A stretch of DNA of 51,845 nucleotides. It comes from Promethearchaeota archaeon (GTDB lineage Archaea; Asgardarchaeota; Lokiarchaeia; Sigyniarchaeales; SOKP01). The notes below the pieces were generated by a model. The model ran no database searches. It had not been told where the DNA came from and worked only from the letters and a program-made list of their open reading frames with translations. Made by a program: the position numbers and the translations under genes. Positions within the stretch are counted from its first letter, which is position 1. Each line of letters begins with the position of its first letter. The DNA lies in NCBI GenBank assembly GCA_048938895.1, contig JBHLLU010000030.1, forward strand, positions 1-51,845, given 5' to 3'. Positions 32,201 through 40,963 of this stretch are shown piece after piece.

Positions 32201-32741
32201 CTTCATATCTTGGAATATTTGATTTTCTTCTGACATAATCTGCAATGAGCACACACAATGCCGCAGTCGTCCCCCCAGCGGCTCTTATTGGCCCTGCAAA
32301 ATAAAGAGATAGATATTTTTTTCCAGATTGATCTGTCCGAATCAATATTTTGGAAATTCCCTCAAGAGGAGCGCTTACTACACCCATTGTCTTGATAGCT
32401 AACCCTGCTCTTATAGCTCTTTCCACACGTTCTTCTAGTGAATTTATTCTTCCAATTTGTTTGTCTAAAATATCAGTTACTACTTTGAAAACAATTTCAT
32501 CATCATTTAGTCCTCTTTTTTTTAAATTTCTTATTTCTTCAGCAATACCATCAGGACCAACTAATTTTTCAACTCTTCCAGCTAAATCTTTTGCTTGTGG
32601 GCATTCTACGTATTCTTCTGGATCATAACCTTTACGGCGTGCTTCCTCTGCAATTGAATAACATCGATCTACTTGATCTTGAATTGAAGCAAAATAGTCT
32701 TCAATTTCTTTATTCATTTCTGCCATAATCCATCGTTTCAA
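29271..32741 (-). CDS. polC: DNA polymerase D large subunit DP2
   Basis: YFAGPIRAAGGT, RYGRSRNTG, RMGRPEK, KRRNCDGDED catalytic motif, C-terminal zinc finger; no intein. Confidence 0.98.
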   Translation of the reverse strand: MKRWIMAEMNKEIEDYFASIQDQVDRCYSIAEEARRKGYDPEEYVECPQAKDLAGRVEKLVGPDGIAEEIRNLKKRGLNDDEIVFKVVTDILDKQIGRINSLEERVERAIRAGLAIKTMGVVSAPLEGISKILIRTDQSGKKYLSLYFAGPIRAAGGTTAALCVLIADYVRRKSNIPRYEATEAEIGRYVEEVKLYDRNVHLQYPSSNREIRYAVKNLPIEINGDSTEVEEVSAFRDLPRIETNNIRGGACLVLNDGILLKAPKLLKIAKSMKLEGWDWLAELKKIAQKEASKEELIDMDNKKTDEKSYIAPNFKYVADIIAGRPVFSHPSEIGGHRIRYGRSRNTGLAAGGMHPATMGILDDFVAIGTQLRIERPGKSTSVCPVSSIEPPIVKLKNGNVIRVISYKMAKKVFPEIEEVLFLGDILFGFGEFTENNHKLIPSGYVEEWWVLDLKKALKEEGRIESRLHELIENPFKSKPTAEEAIQISKEYNIPLHPFFTDFWGNLSPEELSTLRKAFLNGYSSTEKKIVLNYEESIKKILEKAFIVHKVRDNKILFRKSRNLVYIEIFNLEGKKEIKFEKEDDIFTYFFKISSIHIKNKAPHFIGSRMGRPEKSERKSMKGVHALFPLSDKVGSSRTVEKALDLQKIKIDVCRKKCPNCGTISIFNICPKCATHTELGSICEKCKKIYPPSEPKNEEKCPQCNGRLVASSEAIFNIKNHMNLILHSLQIPLPKKLKGIYGLTNQFKVPEPLEKGILRAKNNVLVYKTAEIRYDATDIPITHFKPGEIGSSIKILKELGYSHDYKGEPLRYDDQIIEIKVQDVILSEDCGQYFVKVAKFLDDELEYFYKMSPFYNFDEPKDLIGHLVVGLAPHTSAGIIGRIIGFSPARSIYAHPFWHSSKRRNCDGDEDGIMLLLDPLLNFSRHYLPNKIGGRMDATLVISTLLDPNEIEPEAHNVDTAFRYPLEFYLATEQYKSPSEIEDIMNLVNNRLGTADQYENIGFNIPTRDINEGPKTTAYKLYESMDEKIDAQLHLAKLIRAVDAKKVAEKILSTHFNPDILGNLRKFSIQTFRCVKCNSKYRRPPLSNSGKCPKCGNKIILTVNRGGIEKYISRALKLCEDFRLNEYTIQRMELIEEYVESLTNNPKIKQYKLGDFF

Positions 32742-32953
32742 AAATTTATTTTTAAATCCTAAGGATTATTTAATAGATATTATTATACATATCTCCTAAC
32801 ATAAATTAAAGTCATTTATTAATCAGCTATTTCATTTATAAAGGAGACGACAATGCTAATTTATAACACCCCTTTGAAATATAAAGATATGATGTTTTTC
32901 CTTTAATAAAAAATGATTTAATTTTGTTATGCACTATTTAATTAAATTCAATC

Positions 32954-34750
32954 TTGGAATGGGGAACTGTGAAAACTGAAAAAACTGATGTGAAAAAGAC
33001 CGTCATAAAGAAATTAGTTAATTCTGGGATTAATATTACTCCATCTCTCTTAGATTTTGTGTTAGAACTTGAAGATCCTTTAAATAAAATAAATTTAATA
33101 ATAAAGGATACAAGTTTTATTCCAAGTTTTAGAAGTCACCTAACTGAAGACATATTAAAAAAAACTTCTAACGAAGAAATAAAGAAAATATTGAAAAGGA
33201 AAATTGTTAAGGCAGAAGTTGGCTCCAAGGAAGACGACATAGAAATGATACTTAATTTAGATAGCTCTAGAAAAAAAACTTTAGAATCTACTAATTCTGT
33301 TCCATTGAAAAGTGATAGATCTCCACCCATAAGTATTGAAACTAGAAATTCCGAGATATTTACTCTTTTAAGGCAAAATGATAATAATGAATTGTCTAAA
33401 GGGGATGTGGTCAGGAATTCTAAAATAGAACTAGTAGAGGGCGCTAAATCCTCACTTACTTTCACCCCAATAGCAAAGGATTATAGTTCAAAATATGAAA
33501 TTCTTAAAGACCCTACTGGCAAGTTATATACAACTGGAGAATATAAGGATTTTTATGATCTCACATTAGATAAATTCAATAGACTGAGAACTCTAATGAG
33601 AAAAAGAACAGAAGTTCACAATGCTGATAACATTAACAATATTTTACGACTATCCAGTAGAGTAGAAGTATCTCTAATTGGCCTTGTAAATGAAATAAGA
33701 ATAACAAAAAATGGATTTTACCTAATAACTTTAGAAGATCTTACTGGTCTAATCAATGTAATCATTAGAAAAGATACAGAAAATCAAGATAATGTGAAAA
33801 TAGCCGAAAGGACCCTCAATGATCAAATGCTTTACATAGAAGGAACCTATAATCCTGGAGATAAGGGAAAATCTGGTGTTATCTATGGTAATTATATTTC
33901 AAAAATTGATATTCCACGAGATTTTGAGCCTAATAAATCTAGTGATCCGTTATCAATAGTATTGACGTCTGATACACATATTGGGAGTAAAGAATTTGAA
34001 GCTAAATTATGGAAGAGATTCATAGAATTTCTAAATGGAAAAATAGGAAATAAAGCTCAAAGAGATAGAGCGGGTAGAATTAAATATTTGGTAATCAACG
34101 GGGATTTAATTGATGGAATTGGGGTGTATCCCGCACAAGAAAACGATCTACTTATCTCCAATATATATGAACAATTTCACAAAGCAGCAGAATTCCTTAC
34201 AGAAATACCAGATTATATTAAGATCTTTTATAGTTCAGGAAACCACGAACCTGTAAGAAATGCTATTCCGAGACCAGCCGTACCGAAAAAATATTCAAAA
34301 GAACTTATTGATATCGGTGTAAAATGTATTGGTAATCCCTCTATTATTAAAACGCATGATGTAAATACTCTAATTTTTCATGGAGATAGTATTCTCGACT
34401 TGAATATGTTAATTCCCGGAATGGAACATACTAAATCCGCTGAAACTATGAAAGAATTCTTGAAATGTAGACATTTAGCTCCAGTTTATGGAAAAAAGAC
34501 TCAGATTGCTCCCACACAAAAGGATTGGTTAATAATTGATAAAATTCCAGATATTTTCCATACCGGACACATCCACATTAATGATATGGATACTTATAAT
34601 AACGTTATTTTAGTTAACTCAGGATGCTTTCAAAGTCAAACAGAATTTATGAATTCATTGGGGATCCACCCCACACCAGGAATTATATCCATTGTAGATT
34701 TAGATACTCTGAGAGGTACGCAATTAGACTTAAAAAGCAAAATACTTTAA
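32954..34750 (+). CDS. polB: DNA polymerase D small subunit DP1 (3'-5' exonuclease)
   Basis: OB fold LEDLTG; phosphoesterase motifs SDTHIGS, GDLIDGIGVYP, GNHE, HGDS, RHLAP, GHIH. Confidence 0.96.
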   Translation: MEWGTVKTEKTDVKKTVIKKLVNSGINITPSLLDFVLELEDPLNKINLIIKDTSFIPSFRSHLTEDILKKTSNEEIKKILKRKIVKAEVGSKEDDIEMILNLDSSRKKTLESTNSVPLKSDRSPPISIETRNSEIFTLLRQNDNNELSKGDVVRNSKIELVEGAKSSLTFTPIAKDYSSKYEILKDPTGKLYTTGEYKDFYDLTLDKFNRLRTLMRKRTEVHNADNINNILRLSSRVEVSLIGLVNEIRITKNGFYLITLEDLTGLINVIIRKDTENQDNVKIAERTLNDQMLYIEGTYNPGDKGKSGVIYGNYISKIDIPRDFEPNKSSDPLSIVLTSDTHIGSKEFEAKLWKRFIEFLNGKIGNKAQRDRAGRIKYLVINGDLIDGIGVYPAQENDLLISNIYEQFHKAAEFLTEIPDYIKIFYSSGNHEPVRNAIPRPAVPKKYSKELIDIGVKCIGNPSIIKTHDVNTLIFHGDSILDLNMLIPGMEHTKSAETMKEFLKCRHLAPVYGKKTQIAPTQKDWLIIDKIPDIFHTGHIHINDMDTYNNVILVNSGCFQSQTEFMNSLGIHPTPGIISIVDLDTLRGTQLDLKSKIL

Positions 34751-34786
34751 ATCAATTTAATAATATATAAAAGATAATAATATACT

Positions 34787-35470
34787 ATGAATTTAGCAAT
34801 TCCTCGTGGAAGTAATAAAGAGTTACTATTGTATATTTGGAAAATTATAGATTTACCTAACATTGAATTGAAGGATCTACTATTTAGAATTTCTTTTGAA
34901 CTATTTTTATTCCCTCCTGATCAAGGAAAAAAGTTTATTGATAATTGTTTTAAGGATAAACTATTGTATGAAGATGAAAATGCGAGTCTGAACTTATCTA
35001 CTTCTCTAAATGAAAGATTGGCACAATGGCAAAAAGGAAGAAAAAGGGAAATATTAAATAATATAAAGTCAGCAACTAACAATATTCATCTCAGAATGCA
35101 TATTGAAAATGATAATAAATCAAGTTTTAGTGTTTTCTTAAAATCATTTGCAGATAAAGGTACTCTAAATAGAGCAGTAAATATATTAGATAACGCATTT
35201 GAATTAAAAGACATAGATGATGGAAAAAGTGTTTTGTTTTCTTCAGTTAAAGGTTCTAAGGAAGATTCCTATTATATTGAATTTAATTTAAAAAATAAAT
35301 TGTTAAAACACAATTGTCATGATTTTATCACAAGAAAGAGTAAACAAAAACAATTTTGTAAGCATTTGGTAAAATATTTCTTATTATTAAAGGAAAGATT
35401 CCCAGCATCCACAGAAACTCTTATAAAGGAATTAGAAGAAAATATTGATAAATGGGAATTTAGTTCCTAA
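34787..35470 (+). CDS. Hypothetical protein with C-terminal SWIM-type zinc finger
   Basis: HNCHDF...FCKHL preceded by VKGS...YYIEF strands. Confidence 0.75.
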   Translation: MNLAIPRGSNKELLLYIWKIIDLPNIELKDLLFRISFELFLFPPDQGKKFIDNCFKDKLLYEDENASLNLSTSLNERLAQWQKGRKREILNNIKSATNNIHLRMHIENDNKSSFSVFLKSFADKGTLNRAVNILDNAFELKDIDDGKSVLFSSVKGSKEDSYYIEFNLKNKLLKHNCHDFITRKSKQKQFCKHLVKYFLLLKERFPASTETLIKELEENIDKWEFSS

Positions 35471-36774
35471 ATAAGCTTTTTAAAGATATTATTTTTCAAT
35501 TTAACCTTATCAGTTTGTAATAATATAGGTTTATGATTTATAATTCCCTGAAACTTATCAATCTCACACAGAGCTTTTTCAATTATATCTACACCAATAT
35601 CAAATTTAATTATTTTTGTTCTCCCGTAGTGTCCCATTGATTTAACTTCTGCAATAATTATACCTGCTAATGCTAATTCATTTATATAATCACTAATCCT
35701 ACGTTTTGTTAATTGACGAACTCCTGGAATTAACGATCTTATTTCAGAATGAACATCATAGATATCTCCTGAAATAATTATGTGATCAGGGTTAAATTTT
35801 GAAATTAAATAGATTGAAGTTAAAATCAGTTGAGCTTGAAGTGGTAAACCTTTTATATATTCCATGACATAATCTTTTTCTATATCTTCTTGCGCTTTTT
35901 CAACATATTTTGAGGTTACAAATTTACTCTGTGCTCTTTCGGCTAACTCTCCTGCCTTTCTTAATAATTGTAATGCTTTTCTAGCATCTCCATGTTCTTT
36001 TGCGGCTATTGCAGCACATAAAGGAATAACATCTTCCTTTAGGACATCTTCATGAAATGTAATCTTAACTCTCTCATTTAAGATATCTCTAAGTTCACTT
36101 GCATCATATGAAGGAAAAACAATATGTTCTTCTCCTAAACTAGATAAAATTCTTGGATCTAAGCTATCTCTAAACTTCAATTTGTTTGAGATGCCGATTA
36201 TGCTAGTCTTACAATTATCTAAATTTTCATTTAACCGAGTTAAATCATATAATATTTCATTTCCCCCTTTTTTATCTACTAAGATATCTATTTCATCTAA
36301 TACGAGAAAACATATCGATTTCCTTACTTTAGAATCAAGAAGACCAAGCAATTTTTTAAATATTATATCTTTAGGAAGCCCCGTTGGGGGAATTTTTTCT
36401 TCCCTTGAAATCGTATTATATATATGTGCTAAAATACGATATGGTGTGGAGACAATGTTACAATTGATATATATCCACCATGGTTTAATCTCTGAACTCT
36501 GTTGTGCTAATTTTTGACTTACGTATCTAATCGTAGCTGTTTTTCCGGTTCCAGTTTGACCATAACATAAAAAACTTGGGGGTGCATCTCCTAACAATGC
36601 GCATGCTGTTTTCTCGGCTATATCCTTTATCTGAACATCTCGGTGAGGCAGGTTTTCGGGAATATAAGATGGTTCTAACGAATTACGATTGTTGAATATT
36701 TTAGGGCCCTTAAGATAGTTCTTATAAAATCTATCGATATTAAATTGATAATTATTGTCGTGATTTTTCAACAA
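35467..36774 (-). CDS. cdc6: Orc1/Cdc6 replication initiator
   Basis: LPHRD, GQTGTGKT, VLDEID, LDPRILSSL, GDARKAL, C-terminal winged helix with GRT. Confidence 0.96.
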   Translation of the reverse strand: MLKNHDNNYQFNIDRFYKNYLKGPKIFNNRNSLEPSYIPENLPHRDVQIKDIAEKTACALLGDAPPSFLCYGQTGTGKTATIRYVSQKLAQQSSEIKPWWIYINCNIVSTPYRILAHIYNTISREEKIPPTGLPKDIIFKKLLGLLDSKVRKSICFLVLDEIDILVDKKGGNEILYDLTRLNENLDNCKTSIIGISNKLKFRDSLDPRILSSLGEEHIVFPSYDASELRDILNERVKITFHEDVLKEDVIPLCAAIAAKEHGDARKALQLLRKAGELAERAQSKFVTSKYVEKAQEDIEKDYVMEYIKGLPLQAQLILTSIYLISKFNPDHIIISGDIYDVHSEIRSLIPGVRQLTKRRISDYINELALAGIIIAEVKSMGHYGRTKIIKFDIGVDIIEKALCEIDKFQGIINHKPILLQTDKVKLKNNIFKKLI

Positions 36775-36795
36775 TTATAACACCGTTAGTCATTT

Positions 36796-36808
36796 TTCCA
36801 CTCGAAAT
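36796..36808 (+). promoter_or_regulatory. Candidate ORB/mini-ORB element upstream of cdc6
   Basis: TTCCACTCGAAAT resembles the archaeal ORB core TTCCAxTGGAAA; it lies 21 bp upstream of cdc6 beside a very AT-rich spacer. Confidence 0.4.
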
Positions 36809-37082
36809 ATTGTATTATACAGTATTTCTACTGCATTTATAAACTTAATTATTAATCTTGAAATTAATTGAAAGATGTTAAAGCTTTAATATTTAATTTT
36901 GAATAATCTTTTTAATTAGTTATATATTTATTGTCGGTACTTTAAAAGAATATTATTTATGAAGCAATACCTATTAAGATCTAGTTAATAAAAAGTGCTT
37001 AATAAAAATTTAATTTAAATAATAATTTGGTTAATTAGTTAATTATATATTGAAGTCGTACACCATAGGTTAGTAAAAAATT

Positions 37083-37853
37083 TTGACATCAAAGGATAAT
37101 ATAGAAGAAAGAGAAAAGAGAAATAAGAGGATAGCTTTTATTTTAGCTTTATTTTTCACTTTTTTAATCCTTATAAACTTTTTAACTATCTCTGTTTTTT
37201 TTTCATGGGCAGATTGGGTTAGTCTTTTAATATTTTCATTATTATTAATTGTACCTGCTTACTTTTCTAATGCATCAATGGTAATAACAGGTGGAGGGCG
37301 TCCTATCGATGGTGGTAAGGTTCTTAAAGATGGTAGAAGATTATTGGGGGACCATAAAACTGTAAATGGATTAAAAGGACCTTTGTATGTTGGTATTCCT
37401 CTTTCATTTTTGCTATTTCTGCTATTTATAGTCCTTTGGGAACCGATAAAAGAAACAATTGTACAAGCGTTAAACCAAGGGCAGTATTTATTATATAATA
37501 ATATTGACGTCTTTAGATATTATTTTATTGGGGGTCAAATTCCCATAAATTTCTTAGTTTTAATTATTAGAATTGTACTTGCCTCTTATGGGGCGGTACT
37601 AGGAGATTTAGTAGGTTCTTGTTTAAAAAGGCGTTTTGATATAAAGAGCGGCGCTCCCTTTTGGATTGTTGATCAGTTAGATTTTGCTTTATTTGCAATT
37701 TTATTTATCACAATTCCAGGATTCATTTCACCTACAATATTTTATTTACCTGATATTCATATATTCATTTTTTTAATGATAATAACCCCGGCAGTAAGTA
37801 TTATTGCTAATACTATTGCTTATTTAGTAGGGTTAAAGTCTGTCCCATACTAA
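37083..37853 (+). CDS. carS: CDP-archaeol synthase
   Basis: PAYFSNA, PIDGGK..DGRRLLGDHKT, GDLVGSCLKRR, DQLDF. Confidence 0.93.
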   Translation: MTSKDNIEEREKRNKRIAFILALFFTFLILINFLTISVFFSWADWVSLLIFSLLLIVPAYFSNASMVITGGGRPIDGGKVLKDGRRLLGDHKTVNGLKGPLYVGIPLSFLLFLLFIVLWEPIKETIVQALNQGQYLLYNNIDVFRYYFIGGQIPINFLVLIIRIVLASYGAVLGDLVGSCLKRRFDIKSGAPFWIVDQLDFALFAILFITIPGFISPTIFYLPDIHIFIFLMIITPAVSIIANTIAYLVGLKSVPY

Positions 37854-37858
37854 AAAAT

Positions 37859-38359
37859 TTAAGTTAAGACTTTACATTTTATTTCTAATGGTGTTAATTT
37901 ATTTTCAAGAACAATATATTTTTGACATAATTCATTTAGTGTCTTAATATAATCTCCTCGTCTCCCTATTGCTATTCCTCTATCCCTGTAATTCAAAAAG
38001 TATAAGGATATCTCTCTTTCTCCAGATTCATCACTTTCTATTAAAAATTGATGAATGTATAAATCTGGAAAGAAACTTACAAGCAAATTAATGAAAACAT
38101 TATCGGTTCTTATTATTAATACTTTTTTAGGTGCGATTTCTCTTCGCATAGAGTCTAAATAAATTTTTGATGAAAAATATCTATCTTTTTTTACAAAAAA
38201 GAAGATAAAATTGTTTATTACTGCAATAAATTCTGGAAATATTCCTTTAGTTTTGTTATAAAAGTAATGGCCTAACTTAAGCTCAAAATTAGAATATTTT
38301 CTTACAAATGATAACATTTGATAGAAATATAGGTCATCAATTATTGTATAGAAACCCAT
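37859..38359 (-). CDS. Divergent NusA-like KH-domain protein
   Basis: RGIAIGRRGDYIK KH GxxG loop in the second half, as in archaeal NusA; first KH degenerate. Confidence 0.65.
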   Translation of the reverse strand: MGFYTIIDDLYFYQMLSFVRKYSNFELKLGHYFYNKTKGIFPEFIAVINNFIFFFVKKDRYFSSKIYLDSMRREIAPKKVLIIRTDNVFINLLVSFFPDLYIHQFLIESDESGEREISLYFLNYRDRGIAIGRRGDYIKTLNELCQKYIVLENKLTPLEIKCKVLT

Positions 38360-38478
38360 GTAAAAATTTCTTAAAGGAAAAATTTAAAGTACTAAGAAAT
38401 TCATATAATTTGATGTGATTTTTTAATATTTAACTTGGTTAGATTTGATTAGATTAAACCTAAAATGGATTAATAAGA

Positions 38479-38916
38479 ATGAAAGATGCCGGATTTGAAT
38501 TTAAGGATCACACTGCTGATGTAAGTGTTAAATGTTGGGGTAAAACTCTAGAGGATGCTATTTCTCAATGTGCATTAAGTCTAATGACAACCCTTACGCC
38601 TAATTTAAGCAAAATTGAGCCAAAAATCGAGAAGCAGCTAGAGGTTACAGCGGAAGATAAATATGCATTATGTTTTGATTTTTTATCAGAATTTCTTTAC
38701 TTATTTGATGTAGATGATTTAGTTTTTAATGAAATCACAGTAGAATCAATCGTTAAAATGGAACATAAATTTAAATTAAAGGCAAAACTGAGAGGAGAAA
38801 AATTTGATAAAAATAAACATGAAATTGGCACAGAGGTAAAAGCGATTACTTATTCATTTATGAATATTGAAGAAAAAAAGAATAGAGTTGAAATTAATAT
38901 TGTGTTTGATATCTAA
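38479..38916 (+). CDS. Archease (RtcB cofactor)
   Basis: DHTADV, EVKAITY, C-terminal VFDI. Confidence 0.96.
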   Translation: MKDAGFEFKDHTADVSVKCWGKTLEDAISQCALSLMTTLTPNLSKIEPKIEKQLEVTAEDKYALCFDFLSEFLYLFDVDDLVFNEITVESIVKMEHKFKLKAKLRGEKFDKNKHEIGTEVKAITYSFMNIEEKKNRVEINIVFDI

Positions 38917-38931
38917 TCATTCAAGTTATTC

Positions 38932-40422
38932 TTACCCCTTAACAACTCCTACTGGTACAAGTCTTACAACCTTTTCAACAATATCCAGATCATGACTCAC
39001 TTGAACCACTTGATCTATATCTTTGTAGGCTCCGGGACTTTCTTCGGCTAGCACTTTCATAGAGGCACTTTTTACTAAAATACCTTTCTTTCCTAAATCT
39101 TCTTGAATTTTAGTTCCCCAGTATCTTTTGACTGCTTTTGATCTAGACATAACTCTACCCGAACCGTGAGCAGTTGATCCAAAAGATAACTCCATGGCTC
39201 TTGGTTTACCAACGCATAAGTAAGAGGCTGACCCCATAGTTCCAGGAATTAAGGCAGGTTGACCAATGTCTTTATAATCTTGAGGTAAAACTGGGTGATT
39301 TGGAGGAAATGCTCTAGTTGCTCCCTTTCTATGCACATTTAATTTCATCCTTTTTCCATTTACTTCATGCTCTTCTATCTTGAGAATGTTATGGCAAACA
39401 CCATATATCATATGTAAATCCAACTCATCTAAATCTTTCTTAAATGCATTTTGAAAGGATTCTCTTAACCAATGTGTTATTAATTGACGATTTGTAAATC
39501 CAAAATTAGCAGCACAAGCCATTTGTTGTAAATAATTCTGTGCTTCAAGAGTATCCGCAGGTACACAAGCTAGTTCTCTATCAGGCACTTTAATCTTATA
39601 TTTTTTCATTGCTTGTTCTATTTTTCGCAAACTATCTGTACAAACTTGATGTCCTAATGCTCTACTCCCTGTATGAATCATTATAGTGATTTGATTCTTT
39701 TCAGTTATTCCTAATTTCTTAGCAATTGGGGTATTATAAATTTGATCTACTTTCTGAATCTCAAGAAAATGGTTTCCGCTTCCTAATGATCCAAGCTGTT
39801 TAATTGCTCTCTGTTTTGCTTTCTGTGACACCAAACTTGCATCTGCATTCTTCAAACATCCACGTTCTTCTAAGTGTTTAAGATCTTCGTCAATGGCATA
39901 ACCATTTTCTAACGCCCAATTGACCCCATTATTTAGTACTCTATCTAAATCTGAATAGCTTATATTTAGTTTACCTTTAGAACCTAATCCGGAAGGGATA
40001 TTATTAAATATTTTATCTAATAAATTTGGGAGTACATTTTTAAGATCGTTAAGAGATAGATTTGATCTTAATAAACGTACACCACAATTAATATCGTACC
40101 CTACGCCTCCTGGAGATATCATTCCAGTCTCAGCATCTGTCCCAGCAACCCCACCAATACAAAAACCATATCCTTGGTGGGCATCTGCTAATGCGATTGC
40201 ATGTTTTTGAATTCCTGGAAGGCATGCTACATTTGCGATTTGATCTAATGTCCGATCCTGTTTTATTTTTTCTAAGATATAATTATTGGCATAGATCTTG
40301 ACAGGGACTCGCATCTGGAATTTTTCTATATTTCCTTGAATACGCGTCATCAAAGTTTTAGGAGATATCTCATAGATATTCTCCTCAACTTTATTCACAT
40401 TCATACTGCAATTATAAGTCAA
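38932..40422 (-). CDS. rtcB: tRNA-splicing ligase RtcB (start possibly ATG 40404)
   Basis: DAHQGYGFCIG, GVGYDINCG, GSGNHFLE, HTGSR, HRKGATR, HGSGR, EESPGAYK; no intein. Confidence 0.98.
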   Translation of the reverse strand: MTYNCSMNVNKVEENIYEISPKTLMTRIQGNIEKFQMRVPVKIYANNYILEKIKQDRTLDQIANVACLPGIQKHAIALADAHQGYGFCIGGVAGTDAETGMISPGGVGYDINCGVRLLRSNLSLNDLKNVLPNLLDKIFNNIPSGLGSKGKLNISYSDLDRVLNNGVNWALENGYAIDEDLKHLEERGCLKNADASLVSQKAKQRAIKQLGSLGSGNHFLEIQKVDQIYNTPIAKKLGITEKNQITIMIHTGSRALGHQVCTDSLRKIEQAMKKYKIKVPDRELACVPADTLEAQNYLQQMACAANFGFTNRQLITHWLRESFQNAFKKDLDELDLHMIYGVCHNILKIEEHEVNGKRMKLNVHRKGATRAFPPNHPVLPQDYKDIGQPALIPGTMGSASYLCVGKPRAMELSFGSTAHGSGRVMSRSKAVKRYWGTKIQEDLGKKGILVKSASMKVLAEESPGAYKDIDQVVQVSHDLDIVEKVVRLVPVGVVKG

Positions 40423-40584
40423 ACAGATTTCAAAAATATTTCCATTTATATTTAATAAATTGATAGTTTTATATTGAATCGTAATATTCGATAATTTTTG
40501 AATTTAGCCAATAAAAATATAATCCGAAATTACTTTAAATTAAGTTATCGTAGATAACTAATATAGAAGGATTGGTTTTCTCTT

Positions 40585-40947
40585 ATGGTTTTATTAAATC
40601 TATATGATTACCAGATACCACAACAAATTCTTGGTTTACTCATATTTCTTGGTATCCCCTTAATGATCATTTTAGAAGTATATTTTGAAAAAATACGGAA
40701 AATATACCATGTGAAAACAATATTTGGGGTTTTATCAATCCTATTAGGTTCAATTATTGTCATTATAGCCATTTGGGGTAATATCGGATGGAAACCAGAA
40801 TATATACAACCTGTTTTAGGACCCCATTATAGCGATTATCGCTTTACTTTTTATGTAAGCATAATAATTGCTGTAGGATTAATCATATATGGAATGCTTT
40901 TAATTCATAAAGCAGTATTAGTGAAGAAAAGAGTTAAATACTTTTAA
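40585..40947 (+). CDS. Hypothetical membrane protein (about 3 TM)
   Basis: 120-aa ORF with three hydrophobic segments. Confidence 0.7.
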   Translation: MVLLNLYDYQIPQQILGLLIFLGIPLMIILEVYFEKIRKIYHVKTIFGVLSILLGSIIVIIAIWGNIGWKPEYIQPVLGPHYSDYRFTFYVSIIIAVGLIIYGMLLIHKAVLVKKRVKYF

Positions 40948-40963
40948 AAAATATTAATCGAAA

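Noticed and set aside
40310-40360. Apparent short insertion near the RtcB N-terminus as a stop-free intron
   Set aside because: No convincing hairpin or BHB could be drawn; probably a protein loop.
29271-40422. Inteins in DP2, Cdc6 or RtcB
   Set aside because: Protein lengths are normal and no intein splice-junction or LAGLIDADG motifs were seen.
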